DNA from: Candidatus Aenigmatarchaeota archaeon
GTDB lineage: Archaea; Aenigmatarchaeota; Aenigmatarchaeia; Aenigmatarchaeales; JAHLMS01
Direction of reading: 5' to 3'
DNA length: 40,294 bases
NCBI GenBank assembly: GCA_018920245.1
Contig: JAHLMS010000003.1
Location: 4,588 to 44,881 of the forward strand
Part shown: positions 8,981-18,705 of the stretch, piece after piece
Layout: every line of letters begins with the position of its first letter
How positions within the stretch are numbered: position 1 is the stretch's first letter
Program-made: the position numbers and the translations under genes
The notes under the pieces: generated by a model
What the model was told of the DNA's origin: nothing
What the model saw: the letters and a program-made list of their open reading frames with translations, nothing else
The model's database searches: none

Positions 8981-10270
8981 ATGGCATTTGCTCCAAGGAA
9001 AGGATTGCGCAAGCATTCTGGCGCATGCGTCGTTACGAAGACCGACTTGCTTTTCGGCGAGCATGTCACACAGTCTGGTATATGCTCGGTATGCATGCGC
9101 GAAGGCAAGTGTGAAATAGGAAGGAAGGCTAGGGAAGGCACACCCCTTTATCCCGAGCCTTTCGGCATCGCCCAGTTCGGAGCTGAGAAGATTCTGCCCA
9201 ATATCGAGGACATACAGATCATTCCAGAGCTCTGGGGCAATGGCGTCTGGTTCAACGAGGTTAGCACAGAGGTGAAAATTGGAGGCTTCAAGGCACTTGC
9301 ACCCATTGTTTCAACAGGCCTCGGTTCTACCAAGGTCGCTTCTGATATAGGCAAAATAATTTCAGCTGGTTGCGCAGCAGCCGGCATACCACGTGTAATC
9401 GGAGAGAATGTGCTGGTCACGTTCGGTGAGAATGGTTTGAAAGAGCTCATAGATGCTTATAAATCCGCTCAAAGAGGCTATGGCGCGATAATAGTTCAAA
9501 TCAATGCCAATGAACATAAGCTCGGGCTGGACGAGATTGCTGTCAGACTCGGAGCGGATGCAATAGAGATGAAAATAGGCCAGGGTGCTAAGCAAGGCCT
9601 TGGTGGCGAGATACAGTTTGATGACCCGGTCGCTGCCGAGAAGTACAAAAAGGCCGGCTATCATGTCGTACAACGCGGAAAGGTCTTTGATAGGCATGCA
9701 TATCCTGGTGACCTTTCCGAGGACGGGCTGAGGAAAACGTTGATACAATATGCAAACCATGGCAAGCCTATCTGGGTGAAGACAGGCCTGGGTCATGGTC
9801 TGCTCAAGCTCATTGAGGTTCTGGACAAAATCAAGACCGAGCAGGGAATTCCCCTCAATTCGCTCACAATCGACGGCTTTGGCGGCGGTACAGGTATGTC
9901 CCCTTGGCACATTATGAACGAGTGTTCAATACCTTCAGGTTCTGTTTTTAGTGCTCTTGGCCGCAGGCCGAAATTTGACCTCCTGCTAGCAGGTGGTTAC
10001 AGCGATGGTGCTTCCATAGCGAAAGGCATTATGCTGGGCGCTGATGGTATTGCATTAGGACGCTCAATGATTATCGCCGCGTTCTCAAACAAGGAAACTG
10101 GCATACAGAATTTTGTTAAGGCATTGCGCGATGAAATCCAGATGATCTGTGCGACACAGAAAGTGCGCAGCGTAACCGAATTGAAAAATAAACGCGGAAA
10201 TCTTTTCGCTCTTTCAACCGCTGCAGGCAAGATGTTCGGTCTGCCGACTGAACCGAAGAACGTCCTTTAG
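8981..10270 (+). CDS. FMN-binding glutamate synthase family protein (stand-alone GltB FMN domain)
   Basis: IEMKIGQGAKQGLGGE, TIDGFGGGTGMSP and AGG...KGIMLGA motifs; N-terminal CxxCxxxxxC. Confidence 0.88.
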   Translation: MAFAPRKGLRKHSGACVVTKTDLLFGEHVTQSGICSVCMREGKCEIGRKAREGTPLYPEPFGIAQFGAEKILPNIEDIQIIPELWGNGVWFNEVSTEVKIGGFKALAPIVSTGLGSTKVASDIGKIISAGCAAAGIPRVIGENVLVTFGENGLKELIDAYKSAQRGYGAIIVQINANEHKLGLDEIAVRLGADAIEMKIGQGAKQGLGGEIQFDDPVAAEKYKKAGYHVVQRGKVFDRHAYPGDLSEDGLRKTLIQYANHGKPIWVKTGLGHGLLKLIEVLDKIKTEQGIPLNSLTIDGFGGGTGMSPWHIMNECSIPSGSVFSALGRRPKFDLLLAGGYSDGASIAKGIMLGADGIALGRSMIIAAFSNKETGIQNFVKALRDEIQMICATQKVRSVTELKNKRGNLFALSTAAGKMFGLPTEPKNVL

Positions 10271-10572
10271 ACACCAGTTATTTTCATCAGCTTCTCTTTG
10301 CGTCTGCGTAGTTCGGCCATTGCACGGCGATATCTCACTATGCGTCTGAAACTCTCAGCTATCTCGACGACACCTACTGTAACCAAACCCCAACCCACGA
10401 GTTGCGTGTTAAATGACTCGAAAATGTTGACTATCACGAGGCCGACACCAACGAATGCGAGCGCAGTTTGCATGAACGAAAGAATGGTACGCTCCCGCGA
10501 GAGCAGTGTGCGCTCCTCTGAGAGTATTGTCTGCTCCAGTGATAGCATTTCCATACGCGATTGCCTTTTCAT
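10267..10572 (-). CDS. DUF202/YidH-like small membrane protein
   Basis: LSRERTILSFMQTALAF motif followed by two TM helices; 4-nt overlap with the eno stop. Confidence 0.85.
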   Translation of the reverse strand: MKRQSRMEMLSLEQTILSEERTLLSRERTILSFMQTALAFVGVGLVIVNIFESFNTQLVGWGLVTVGVVEIAESFRRIVRYRRAMAELRRRKEKLMKITGV

Positions 10573-11726
10573 AATCTCAACTTTGTCATTACTGGTTTTT
10601 TAACCTTATCCCACAGCTCTGCCAGGCGGTTCGCTTTCACCACGCGCTCCTCGCCAGATATGCCACATTTTATCAGCGGCGCTCCTGTGGCAACAGCAAG
10701 GTCCGCTATAAATGTATCGCAGGTTTCGCCCGAGCGATGCGATACAACATGTGCAAGTCCGCCGTCCTTTGCTATGTGTATTGCGCGCAATGTTTTTGAT
10801 ATTAAGCCTGCCTGATCCGGCTTAATAATGGCTGCCCTTGCAGCCTTCCTGTGCACACCAATATCCAGCCGTTCGGGCTGGGTTGCAAACAGATCGTCTC
10901 CACACACCAGAATTTTTGTCTTTTTCATCAGTTGTGCAAAACTTTCCCAGTCAGTCTCCGTGAAAGGGTCCTCCACATAGACAAGTCTGAACTCCTTGAT
11001 AAAGTCAAGAATCTTGTCCATCTGTTCGCTTTTGCTCATGGTCCTACCAAGCGATGGCCAGTAATATTTTCCTCTCTTGTAAAGCTGGCCAGCTGCGACA
11101 TCAATACCCACCTTTGCGCCGAATTTCTTGGCAGCATTAGTGACTATGCCGAGCGTTTCCGCCTCATCAGCTGTAGCTACCCACGCGCCCTCATCATTTC
11201 TGCCTGTGATTCCATGTGCGCCAAGCTCGTTGCCGACAGCATGCCATATAGCGAAGTTTGTGTCTATGGCTTCGCGCACGTTTTTAGCTTTTACAGGTAT
11301 TACAAGCACTTCCTGTATGCTCAGCCCTCCACCGTGCACACCACCGCCGACAACGTTGCCCAGTGGATACGGAAAACTCTTTATGCCGCCCAGCGCGGCA
11401 TATGCTTCACCGTTGCCAGCGGCGCGCACGGCTGCCATTGACAGGGCAATTGCCAGATTGCTGCCCATACGGTCTACACCGATGCTTTCAAGCGTATCAT
11501 CTATTATTGAGAACTCGCTTTCATCCAGACCGACAAGTTTTTTCCTGACTGCTGGAAACAGCTTTTTGATTTTTTCAAACGGCTGTGCCTTCGCCTCGTA
11601 TGCCCCTTTTGATTTTCCTGATGGTGCGCTAGCAGAATATGTGCCACGGTTCGTGATGATCTCGGCAAATATTGTGGTTTCTCCACGGCTGTTCAGGACA
11701 GGCTCTATGCGCACGTTTTTAATCAT
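10569..11726 (-). CDS. eno: Enolase (compact archaeal form)
   Basis: NSRG, PSGKSKGAYEA, GGGVH, DEG, YVEDPF, GDDLF, VVSHRSGET and IKCG motifs. Confidence 0.96.
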   Translation of the reverse strand: MIKNVRIEPVLNSRGETTIFAEIITNRGTYSASAPSGKSKGAYEAKAQPFEKIKKLFPAVRKKLVGLDESEFSIIDDTLESIGVDRMGSNLAIALSMAAVRAAGNGEAYAALGGIKSFPYPLGNVVGGGVHGGGLSIQEVLVIPVKAKNVREAIDTNFAIWHAVGNELGAHGITGRNDEGAWVATADEAETLGIVTNAAKKFGAKVGIDVAAGQLYKRGKYYWPSLGRTMSKSEQMDKILDFIKEFRLVYVEDPFTETDWESFAQLMKKTKILVCGDDLFATQPERLDIGVHRKAARAAIIKPDQAGLISKTLRAIHIAKDGGLAHVVSHRSGETCDTFIADLAVATGAPLIKCGISGEERVVKANRLAELWDKVKKPVMTKLRL

Positions 11727-11762
11727 GACTCAGAATTGAGCAGACACCCAAATAAAACTATC

Positions 11763-11966
11763 CTAGGCAGCGCGTTGCTTGGCTGGGGCTTTCCTCCGCA
11801 CCTTCAGCGGTATCACGCCAGCAGCGAACTCGGCCTCAGCAATACGCACGGGGTCCGTCTCTTCTGTTTTCAGCAGTATTGGAGCCCCACGAGCTATTTG
11901 CAATGCCCGCGCACCTATTATCCTTGCGCGCTCAAAACGAGTTAGGGTGTCTTTCTCCTCTGACAT
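11763..11966 (-). CDS. rpoK: RNA polymerase subunit Rpo6 (K/omega)
   Basis: [22 protein letters not shown] motif. Confidence 0.96.
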   Translation of the reverse strand: MSEEKDTLTRFERARIIGARALQIARGAPILLKTEETDPVRIAEAEFAAGVIPLKVRRKAPAKQRAA

Positions 11967-12012
11967 GGTAGTCACAATTCTTAGAATCTCTTGCACGGTA
12001 TTTAAACCTTGC

Positions 12013-12798
12013 TCAGCCGATGTATTTCAGCTCTTCCGGCTTTTTGCCGCTTTTTTGCATCTGTTCCATTGCTTGGCTTTGTATTTCCTCGAGTTTCTTT
12101 ATGAACTCGTGCATGGCCTTAACCTTTTCTTCGAGCTTCGTCAAGTCCACCTTTATGTTGATTATCTTCTGCAATACAATGAGCACTGACTCGGCAGCTG
12201 TTGGGTCTGTTATTATTGGGAAGCCGGAGGTTTCACCGAGTAACACAAACCCCTTCATTCCCTGCATCTTACCTATACCAAGAATAAGGCCTGATGCGCC
12301 TACTATTGTTCCTATCTGACCGGTGACCTTGGTTTCGATATCGTACCTTTTAAGGTCCTTAGCAACATCCGCATCAGTTGCGATTCCGAAAACCTTCGGC
12401 TTCTCAGTAATCTTTCCTGTACTGAAACCACCAATTGTTATCACTTCCTTGCATCCCAACGCCCTGATAAATTCCAATATCTTCCCCGCAACTTCGTAGT
12501 GACCCTTTGGGTCGTAGGTCTGGCAGTCTCCTATGAGCATTATGATGTCCCTGCCTTTTGGGTTCTTCCAGTAATAGAATTCGTTGCGCAGTGTGTGTAT
12601 CATGTCATTATGAATCATGACGAACGGAAAGAAGTAGGGCGAGTAGAGCTCAGCAAACTTTTTCGCCTTTAGTTCGTGGACCAGATATCCGACAGCTATT
12701 CTGCCTATGTTGCCTATGCCTGGTAGGCCGACGAGTGCTATGGGATTCTTGAGCTTCGGTTTTTCTTCACATATTATTTTCGTTTCAATCAGAAACAT
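12013..12798 (-). CDS. PAC2 family proteasome assembly chaperone
   Basis: [25 protein letters not shown] and LLGETSG..DP motifs; conserved position after nop10; exact start uncertain. Confidence 0.92.
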   Translation of the reverse strand: MFLIETKIICEEKPKLKNPIALVGLPGIGNIGRIAVGYLVHELKAKKFAELYSPYFFPFVMIHNDMIHTLRNEFYYWKNPKGRDIIMLIGDCQTYDPKGHYEVAGKILEFIRALGCKEVITIGGFSTGKITEKPKVFGIATDADVAKDLKRYDIETKVTGQIGTIVGASGLILGIGKMQGMKGFVLLGETSGFPIITDPTAAESVLIVLQKIINIKVDLTKLEEKVKAMHEFIKKLEEIQSQAMEQMQKSGKKPEELKYIG

Positions 12799-12833
12799 CA
12801 CCTGTGCAATTTTTGTTCCTTGCACATTTAAAG

Positions 12834-12986
12834 TTATTCCTGTGCTGCCCTTCTATACTTACCATATTTCGTTTCCTTGCCCAATGAAAAGCGCGGTGGA
12901 TGTGCGCTAACAGTTGCGGAGCCGTCTGTAGGACACTTCTCCTTTAGGGTATATCGTCCGCACTTTGGGCACTTTCGCATGCGCAT
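12834..12986 (-). CDS. nop10: H/ACA RNP protein Nop10
   Basis: Below the ORF-track cutoff; manual translation MRMRKCPKCGRYTLKEKCPTDGSATVSAHPPRFSLGKETKYGKYRRAAQE (YTLK, HPPRFS, YGKYR). Confidence 0.95.
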   Translation of the reverse strand: MRMRKCPKCGRYTLKEKCPTDGSATVSAHPPRFSLGKETKYGKYRRAAQE

Positions 12987-12991
12987 ATTAA

Positions 12992-13582
12992 TTACCACTT
13001 CTTTTGCAATATAAGGTATCGTTTCAACTTCTTTCCACTGCCCTCTTCAGTTACATGGCCACCAAAAGCTGCGCCCTTGAACGCTTTCTTTACAAGCTCG
13101 AACTCAGCAGATGTTGCAGGATAGAACTGGATACCTGCCTTGCCTCTTGATTTGAGCACACGATTGCTCTCGGTCGCGATTTTTTTGTATTGCCTTTTGA
13201 CATCTTCCATGGTCTTTCCAGATATCCATTGCAATGTTGAAACGGAGATTAACGCATCAAGACTGTTCTCGCGAAAAGGGAGGTTGCGCCAATCGCCGCG
13301 CACCAGCAGTCGCATGCCCTTTGCCTTCGCCAGCTTGAGCATCTCAACAGAGACATCTATACCAATAGGCAGACAGCCGAACTGTTCAATCACTTTCATG
13401 CTGAAGCCGGTGCCGCATCCAACATCGAGCACAAGACTGCGCGGTGGCAACTCAAGCTCCATCATAATGTGTTGGGTCATCTCTTCCTGCGTCTTTTTGA
13501 TGGACGAGCTACGGTCGTATTTGGCAGCTTCCTCGCCAGTCCAATATGCGACAGCACTTAGTCCGCTGATTTTTTCGGGCAT
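12992..13582 (-). CDS. Class I SAM-dependent methyltransferase, Bud23/WBSCR22-like
   Basis: VLDVGCGTG motif I; EAAKY, Q..MT, LPFR..S.D..ISVSTLQW, QFYP, FGG and KK.K.YLIL match Bud23 family motifs as recalled. Confidence 0.85.
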   Translation of the reverse strand: MPEKISGLSAVAYWTGEEAAKYDRSSSIKKTQEEMTQHIMMELELPPRSLVLDVGCGTGFSMKVIEQFGCLPIGIDVSVEMLKLAKAKGMRLLVRGDWRNLPFRENSLDALISVSTLQWISGKTMEDVKRQYKKIATESNRVLKSRGKAGIQFYPATSAEFELVKKAFKGAAFGGHVTEEGSGKKLKRYLILQKKW

Positions 13583-13583
13583 A

Positions 13584-14351
13584 TTAACCTGCCGTGAATG
13601 TGCCGCTCCCGCCAGCCGCCTGGATGCTTTTTATGGCAGCCTCGGCAGCGCTCCGCAAGGCCTTCTCGCCGGTTTTCGCATCCCTCGTCTTCATTGTCAG
13701 CATATATTTGGGAGCAGAAATGTAGCTCGCTGTTATGCCAGAAGGCAATTTTGTCAGAATGTTCTTTATCACTTCAACACCATCAGGTGCTGGGCATTTC
13801 AGTTCCAGCGTACCCTTCAGCTTCACTTCCTTGACTGCCAGCGCAGTTTCAGCGACAGCCTTTATTGCAGCAATCCATTCTGCAGGATAGCCCTTTGCAG
13901 AAAAAGCGGCTTCGTTCTCCTGCACGGTCTGGAATGCGCGGAACAGCTCGCCGAAGTCTTTTCTCATTTTGAAGCCTACCTGCTTGTAGGCAACATCTAG
14001 ACTTACATTCAGCTTCTTTGCGGCAGCAGCGAGCATCTTCTCGGCTTTGGCCTCCCGCTTGTATTCTTTAAGTTTTTCCTCTGCCTCATGATCACTGACA
14101 CGCTTCAAGCTCAGCGCGATATGCCCTTTGGCCGGTTCTACGTTCAGAACGAGCGCAACAACTGGTTGTCCTTCCTTCACGAACTCGCGGATGTCCTTAA
14201 TCCATTTTCGCGCGACTTCAGAGATGTGGACCATACCCTCTTTGCCAGGATATTCCTCAAGGGCTACGAAAGCTGAAAATGGATTCACCTTCGTGATTTT
14301 TCCTATCACGAGCTCGTTAGGCTCAGGCCACTCGCGCTCCTTCTTTGGCAT
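13584..14351 (-). CDS. eif2a: Translation initiation factor aIF2 alpha subunit
   Basis: WPEPNELVIG, LEEYPGKEGMVHISEV, KGHIALSLKRV and YISAPKY motifs. Confidence 0.97.
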   Translation of the reverse strand: MPKKEREWPEPNELVIGKITKVNPFSAFVALEEYPGKEGMVHISEVARKWIKDIREFVKEGQPVVALVLNVEPAKGHIALSLKRVSDHEAEEKLKEYKREAKAEKMLAAAAKKLNVSLDVAYKQVGFKMRKDFGELFRAFQTVQENEAAFSAKGYPAEWIAAIKAVAETALAVKEVKLKGTLELKCPAPDGVEVIKNILTKLPSGITASYISAPKYMLTMKTRDAKTGEKALRSAAEAAIKSIQAAGGSGTFTAG

Positions 14352-14375
14352 GCCATAGATTCAGCCAGCAGGCTT

Positions 14376-15527
14376 TTAAGGTTTGGTGTTGGGCACGGCA
14401 AATAATAACAGCACTGCGCCGCATGTCGCCAAAATAGCACTGAACATGAATGCGCTTGTCGGGTTGATGGCCTGCCATAAACCTCCGGCCACAAGACCTC
14501 CAATCAAACCGCTGGCACCGATTGCTGCATGGAGTGTTCCAAGTGCGGTCCCCTTGAGTTGTGCGGGTGCAAGGTCGGCAGCGAGTGCACGCTGATTGCC
14601 GTCGAACAGCGCATATGCAATTCCGTAGCAGGCAAACATAATTGCAACCATGATCATATCCGTGGCGAGTGCGAAACCGGCAGCCACGACAGCAAACAAC
14701 AACCAACCAAAGAGTAGGACGTTCCGTCTGCCGATTCTGTCTGCAAGCCTGCCGGCTGGAACGAGCATCACTGCCATCAAGACATTGAGGACAACATACA
14801 GCGCGACAGTGGTTAGCACTGAGCCTGTCAATTGCTGGACGCGCAGTATGAACAGCATGTATGTGAAGTTTCCCATACCGAATAGCGTCGCTGCAGCCAC
14901 ATATAGCCGAAGAGGCAACGGCAAAGCCTTCAGACCAATACTAAGCGCGATTTTTCTAGCATGTTTGGACACATCTTTCACAAAAAACATCGGTATAAGT
15001 GAGAGCAACGAGATGGCACCGGCCAGCAGAACTATAGTCTGATATTGTGTTCCTATCACAGCAATCAGCATAACAGCCGCAATTGAACCTATTATTGCAC
15101 CGACAGTATCCAGAGTGCGCTGGAGTCCAAATGCCGCGCCACGCACCCCCCATGCAACAGATTCGGCTATTAGCGCATCGCGTGGTGCATCGCGTATGCC
15201 CTTGCCAGCCCGTTCAAGCGGACGGAGTATAAGCACATGCTGCCAGGTGGCAGCTGCCGCAAGTCCGAGCCGTGCCAATGCCGACGATAGATATCCAATC
15301 CACAGGAATGGCTTGCGCCTGCCTATACGGTCTGACCACCAGCCAGAAGGCAGCTTGAGTCCGGTTGCAATCATATCACCTACGCCCCCTATCAGCCCAA
15401 CAGCGAGCGGCCCACCCCCCAGGCTCACAATGAGCAACGGCAGTATCGGCATCAACATTTCGCTACCCACATCGTTAAGGCCGCTGATTATACCTAGTAA
15501 AATAACATTGCGACTGAGTCCTAACAT
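14376..15527 (-). CDS. MFS transporter
   Basis: About 12 TM segments; SDRIGRRKP and ADRIGRR motif A; GKGIRDAPRDALIA. Confidence 0.93.
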   Translation of the reverse strand: MLGLSRNVILLGIISGLNDVGSEMLMPILPLLIVSLGGGPLAVGLIGGVGDMIATGLKLPSGWWSDRIGRRKPFLWIGYLSSALARLGLAAAATWQHVLILRPLERAGKGIRDAPRDALIAESVAWGVRGAAFGLQRTLDTVGAIIGSIAAVMLIAVIGTQYQTIVLLAGAISLLSLIPMFFVKDVSKHARKIALSIGLKALPLPLRLYVAAATLFGMGNFTYMLFILRVQQLTGSVLTTVALYVVLNVLMAVMLVPAGRLADRIGRRNVLLFGWLLFAVVAAGFALATDMIMVAIMFACYGIAYALFDGNQRALAADLAPAQLKGTALGTLHAAIGASGLIGGLVAGGLWQAINPTSAFMFSAILATCGAVLLLFAVPNTKP

Positions 15528-15557
15528 GCAAAAAGTGATGTGTAATGACAAATAAAA

Positions 15558-15743
15558 TTAATCCATTACGCTCAGCACTTTTGCCTTTAGCCTTCCGCGG
15601 CCGCCAGTTGTTTCGGCCAGCTCAGCACCGCAGACGAGGCATTTGACCGTGCTCGAAGGCTTATTAAAAATAGTCTGCTCGTTTTTGCACTTGCCACATA
15701 CGACCTTCAAGAACTTGCTTGTAGGGCGTCGTACACTCCTCAT
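15558..15743 (-). CDS. rps27e: 30S ribosomal protein S27e
   Basis: SKFLKVVCGKCKNEQTIF...CLVCG...TGG. Confidence 0.97.
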   Translation of the reverse strand: MRSVRRPTSKFLKVVCGKCKNEQTIFNKPSSTVKCLVCGAELAETTGGRGRLKAKVLSVMD

Positions 15744-15745
15744 AG

Positions 15746-16033
15746 TTACACCTTCACGAGCTCGAACTTCTTAACGCGGAAGCCCGAACCTATATTGTGC
15801 CCTTTGCCGCATTCCTTGCAGACATAGCTAAGATCGAGTTTCCGTGTGGGCTTCGCCCTGTCACGTGGATTGCTTTTCGGGAATGAGCCGTAACCGCGCA
15901 TCTTGCGTTTGAACCTGCGCTGTCCGCTCGCAAGCATGCGTTTGATTTTTCGCACACTAACACGCTTAACCTCGTGTTGTGTGTGCTTGCGGCAATATGG
16001 GCAGTATCGGTTCTGTATTTTAGGGGCATTCAT
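15746..16033 (-). CDS. rpl44e: 50S ribosomal protein L44e
   Basis: YCPYCRKHTQH, GQRRF...GYGSFP and KPTRKLDL..CKECGK motifs. Confidence 0.96.
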   Translation of the reverse strand: MNAPKIQNRYCPYCRKHTQHEVKRVSVRKIKRMLASGQRRFKRKMRGYGSFPKSNPRDRAKPTRKLDLSYVCKECGKGHNIGSGFRVKKFELVKV

Positions 16034-16149
16034 GATTATCAAAAGAATTTAGAATATTGAACCTATTTAAAGGCTATTCTAATGTGAGCTGTAAAGTTAG
16101 CGACACCTATTTGGGTGCAAAAAACAAAATCGGGCACCGACACATTTAA

Positions 16150-16270
16150 AAACTTCGGGCAACTCCTTCGCTCCTTTCAGTCGCTCGGGGACGTTGCACT
16201 CTCGCTATCACTCGGCTCCACTCCAATTTTTCCTTCGGAAAAACTGCGTATAAGCTTATAAGTTAGTTGC
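16150..16270 (+). repeat. Left attC-like palindromic element (degenerate)
   Basis: Ends in GTTAGTT (16262-16268); shares CGTTGCACT, GCTCCACyC.AATTT and AAAACT blocks with the element at 18880-19031; internal TTTTTC/GAAAAA hairpin; no clear R'' box. Confidence 0.5.
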
Positions 16271-16344
16271 AATTGGCGGGCTTTAACGGAAAGTCGCTTA
16301 ACTATTTCAGAACATTTAAATAACTCTTTTACTTTTTAATCAAT

Positions 16345-16605
16345 ATGGAGAAAAACTAAGAAATAGAAACATTACAGGATGTTCTTAATCAAACCTTGAA
16401 ATTGATTTCTTTATATAAAAAATCAGATTTAACGATACCATTTGCCCTAAAAGGTAATCTTGGTGAATTTATTGTTGCTATTGAATTACTGAAAAGATTT
16501 CCTAATCATAAAATAGACTATCGTGGCGGAGCATTTCCTGGTATTGATATTTCTGTTGAAAATGTAAAAATACAAGTTAAAACTCAGATCAAAAGACCAC
16601 GATGA
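16345..16605 (+). pseudogene. Truncated PD-(D/E)XK-type nuclease fragment
   Basis: ATG at 16345 is in frame but has TAA at codon 5 (16357); KGNLGE...PGIDI...IQVKT motif; ends just after the catalytic motif. Confidence 0.6.
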
Positions 16606-16682
16606 TAAAGAACATTATGTGAAAAAAGCAGTTGAATGGATAAAAAGAAAATTAAATACCACGTCTTAACTTAAAATTTCTT

Positions 16683-17392
16683 TTAGATCTTTTGTTGTGC
16701 CAACTCAAGACAAAGGGCGGTTGATTCCCATTTTGACACCCAAATTCCAACACCGCTTCTCCAATATTTTTCCATATATATCCTTCTAATTAATGATTCC
16801 AATGCCCTTTGAATTATCATATTAATAGGATCTATGTCCGACTTATCACATTCCTTGCCAACTGCCACATTAGGATCTTAACTTCTTAGGAGGACGTCTA
16901 TTAATTTCTCGCTCGTGTTCTTCATGTCAATGCTGTTTAAGTAATCAATAGCTGCAGCGAGAAATCCCGATCCTCTCCATTCCGAACTTCCTGCAAGAAT
17001 AGAGTCTTCATTAATACATTTTAGAATTGATTTATGTAGTTTTTCATAGGATGGAAAATGATCTTTCAGGTCAAATGTAGCAATTAGTTTTGCTAAACGG
17101 CATGCATCCCAAAAATCTGTTCCAAACGAGCCATCATCATGAATCTTTGAATTGAGGTATGAAAAAGAATCTTTAAGTGAGAATGATTTGTAAGTGTGAT
17201 CATCTTTGCGCACAAGCCACTGGTCGTTTTCTTTTAAACCGGTCATTAAAAGTAACTCTGTAATTATTGTTGTACGTATAGGGTTCCAAGATTCTCAAAA
17301 TTTTGCCAACAACCCTCATCCGAAACTGAGTCTAAGATGAAGTTTAATGATCTACGAAGCGATTCCTCTAGCTCATAATCATTTAATGACAT
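16683..17392 (-). pseudogene. Frameshifted gene, possibly prenyltransferase/squalene-cyclase repeat-like
   Basis: Three consecutive fragments (17392-17264, 17246-16878, 16868-16683) with DEGCW, DDGSFG and WESTALCL repeat-like motifs; the frame switches near 17295. Confidence 0.5.
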
Positions 17393-17982
17393 GCTTCCCC
17401 TCGTTTTTGTTTTATATATTCGTCCGTTGTGAGTATAACTGCCCAACCATTTGCAAGAGTTTCACTGACTACTTTCTTGATTTGATTTTGCGTTAAGGAA
17501 GGAAGGTCGGGACATCCTGTAGCGTCAATTATGAAATCAACGAAATAATCCATATCATGAGCTTCACGGGCAGTTGATTCACAACAGAAATTTGTCATGA
17601 AGCCACAAATTACCACTTTTTTAACCTTATGTTTTTTCAAAATCCGATCTAAATCAGTATTTTTGAAAGCCGAATACCTGTTTTTCGTTATCTCGATGAC
17701 ATTCTTCGGTCGCTTTAAATTTTCCGCATATTTGACTTCATTAGAGTCTTCTTTGAAATTGAAATCTTCAGATTCTCCGGCAAAGTCAAACATTCTACCA
17801 AGGTCACTACCGTCTTTTTTATGCATGTGTCGAACCATGATTATCAGTTCGTTTCGTTTCGTGAAATTATCTATTAATTTGTTTATATTTTCTATAGTTT
17901 TATCATTTCCGACACAAAACAAATTGGAATCCGACTCAGTATATATCTTTTGTACATCTATAACCAATAATGCTTCTTTCAT
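17383..17982 (-). CDS. Isochorismatase family cysteine hydrolase
   Basis: LLVIDVQ, KNRYSAF and GFMTNFCCESTAR (D-K-C triad); GAGGTGA SD. Confidence 0.93.
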   Translation of the reverse strand: MKEALLVIDVQKIYTESDSNLFCVGNDKTIENINKLIDNFTKRNELIIMVRHMHKKDGSDLGRMFDFAGESEDFNFKEDSNEVKYAENLKRPKNVIEITKNRYSAFKNTDLDRILKKHKVKKVVICGFMTNFCCESTAREAHDMDYFVDFIIDATGCPDLPSLTQNQIKKVVSETLANGWAVILTTDEYIKQKRGEACH

Positions 17983-18095
17983 TTTTTCACCTCACTTTAA
18001 TTTTTCCTCCTTTCCTTGAGTTTTCATTTTTTCAACTGTTGTTGGTGCATATATACATCGACCATATATTGCATGCGTTGTTTTAACCCTTTTGC

Positions 18096-18440
18096 TCACT
18101 CTCTTATCCACATTTTTTGTTTAAAATGACCGTAACCTCCTGAAATAGCAGTGAAAATTACTGCAAAAAGGGTTGTTCCGACAGCAATAGGTGCAGGAAA
18201 TCCTAACCAGAAATGCAATATTGGAAGCATAACACTGCAACCACCAGTTCCTATCCATCCACCTAAAAGTCCTGCAGCTAACCCCACAAGAATTAGTATT
18301 ACACCCATTGTGACATTAATCTGCGGAACATCTTTAATAGTTTGTTTTCCAGCAGAAAATACAAAAATAGTTATTGCTATCATAACCAATAGCAAAAAAA
18401 TAGTAAATTTGTTTTTATTAAAAAATGATTTTATATCCAT
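18096..18440 (-). pseudogene. Truncated sulfite exporter TauE/SafE (TSUP) family permease
   Basis: GLLGGWIGTGGCSVMLP and AVGTTL motifs; ends after less than half the usual family length. Confidence 0.75.
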
Positions 18441-18705
18441 TTTTTAATACCCCCAATACTCTGAAAATGCTATAAACCTTACGATTTTTTATTGAGTAAA
18501 TTATTTTTCTACCTTCTCTTCTGGACTTTAAAACACCTAAATCAACAAGTTTTAACAGTTGCATAGAAGTATTGGATTGTGTCCTATGAATCAAAAAAGG
18601 AATTTCACAAGCACATTTTTCTCCTTTGAGAAGAGTCTCAATTATTCTATATCTGGTTTCTTCTGATAGTGCTTTTAATAATTTTAAGTTATCTGCTCTG
18701 CTCAT
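18418..18705 (-). CDS. ArsR/SmtB family transcriptional regulator
   Basis: KALSEETRYRII..L..GEKCACEI, QSNTS and GVLKSRREGR..IY motifs. Confidence 0.93.
   Translation of the reverse strand: MSRADNLKLLKALSEETRYRIIETLLKGEKCACEIPFLIHRTQSNTSMQLLKLVDLGVLKSRREGRKIIYSIKNRKVYSIFRVLGVLKNGYKIIF

Noticed and set aside
13140-14000. Long plus-strand ORF (286 aa) and similar antisense ORFs such as 56-745 and 11128-11739
   Set aside because: They lie opposite well-conserved genes and have no recognisable motifs
16357-16359. In-frame TAA as programmed readthrough or a variant genetic code
   Set aside because: TAA, TAG and TGA all end conserved genes normally in this window, and neighbouring island genes are also broken, so decay is the simpler explanation
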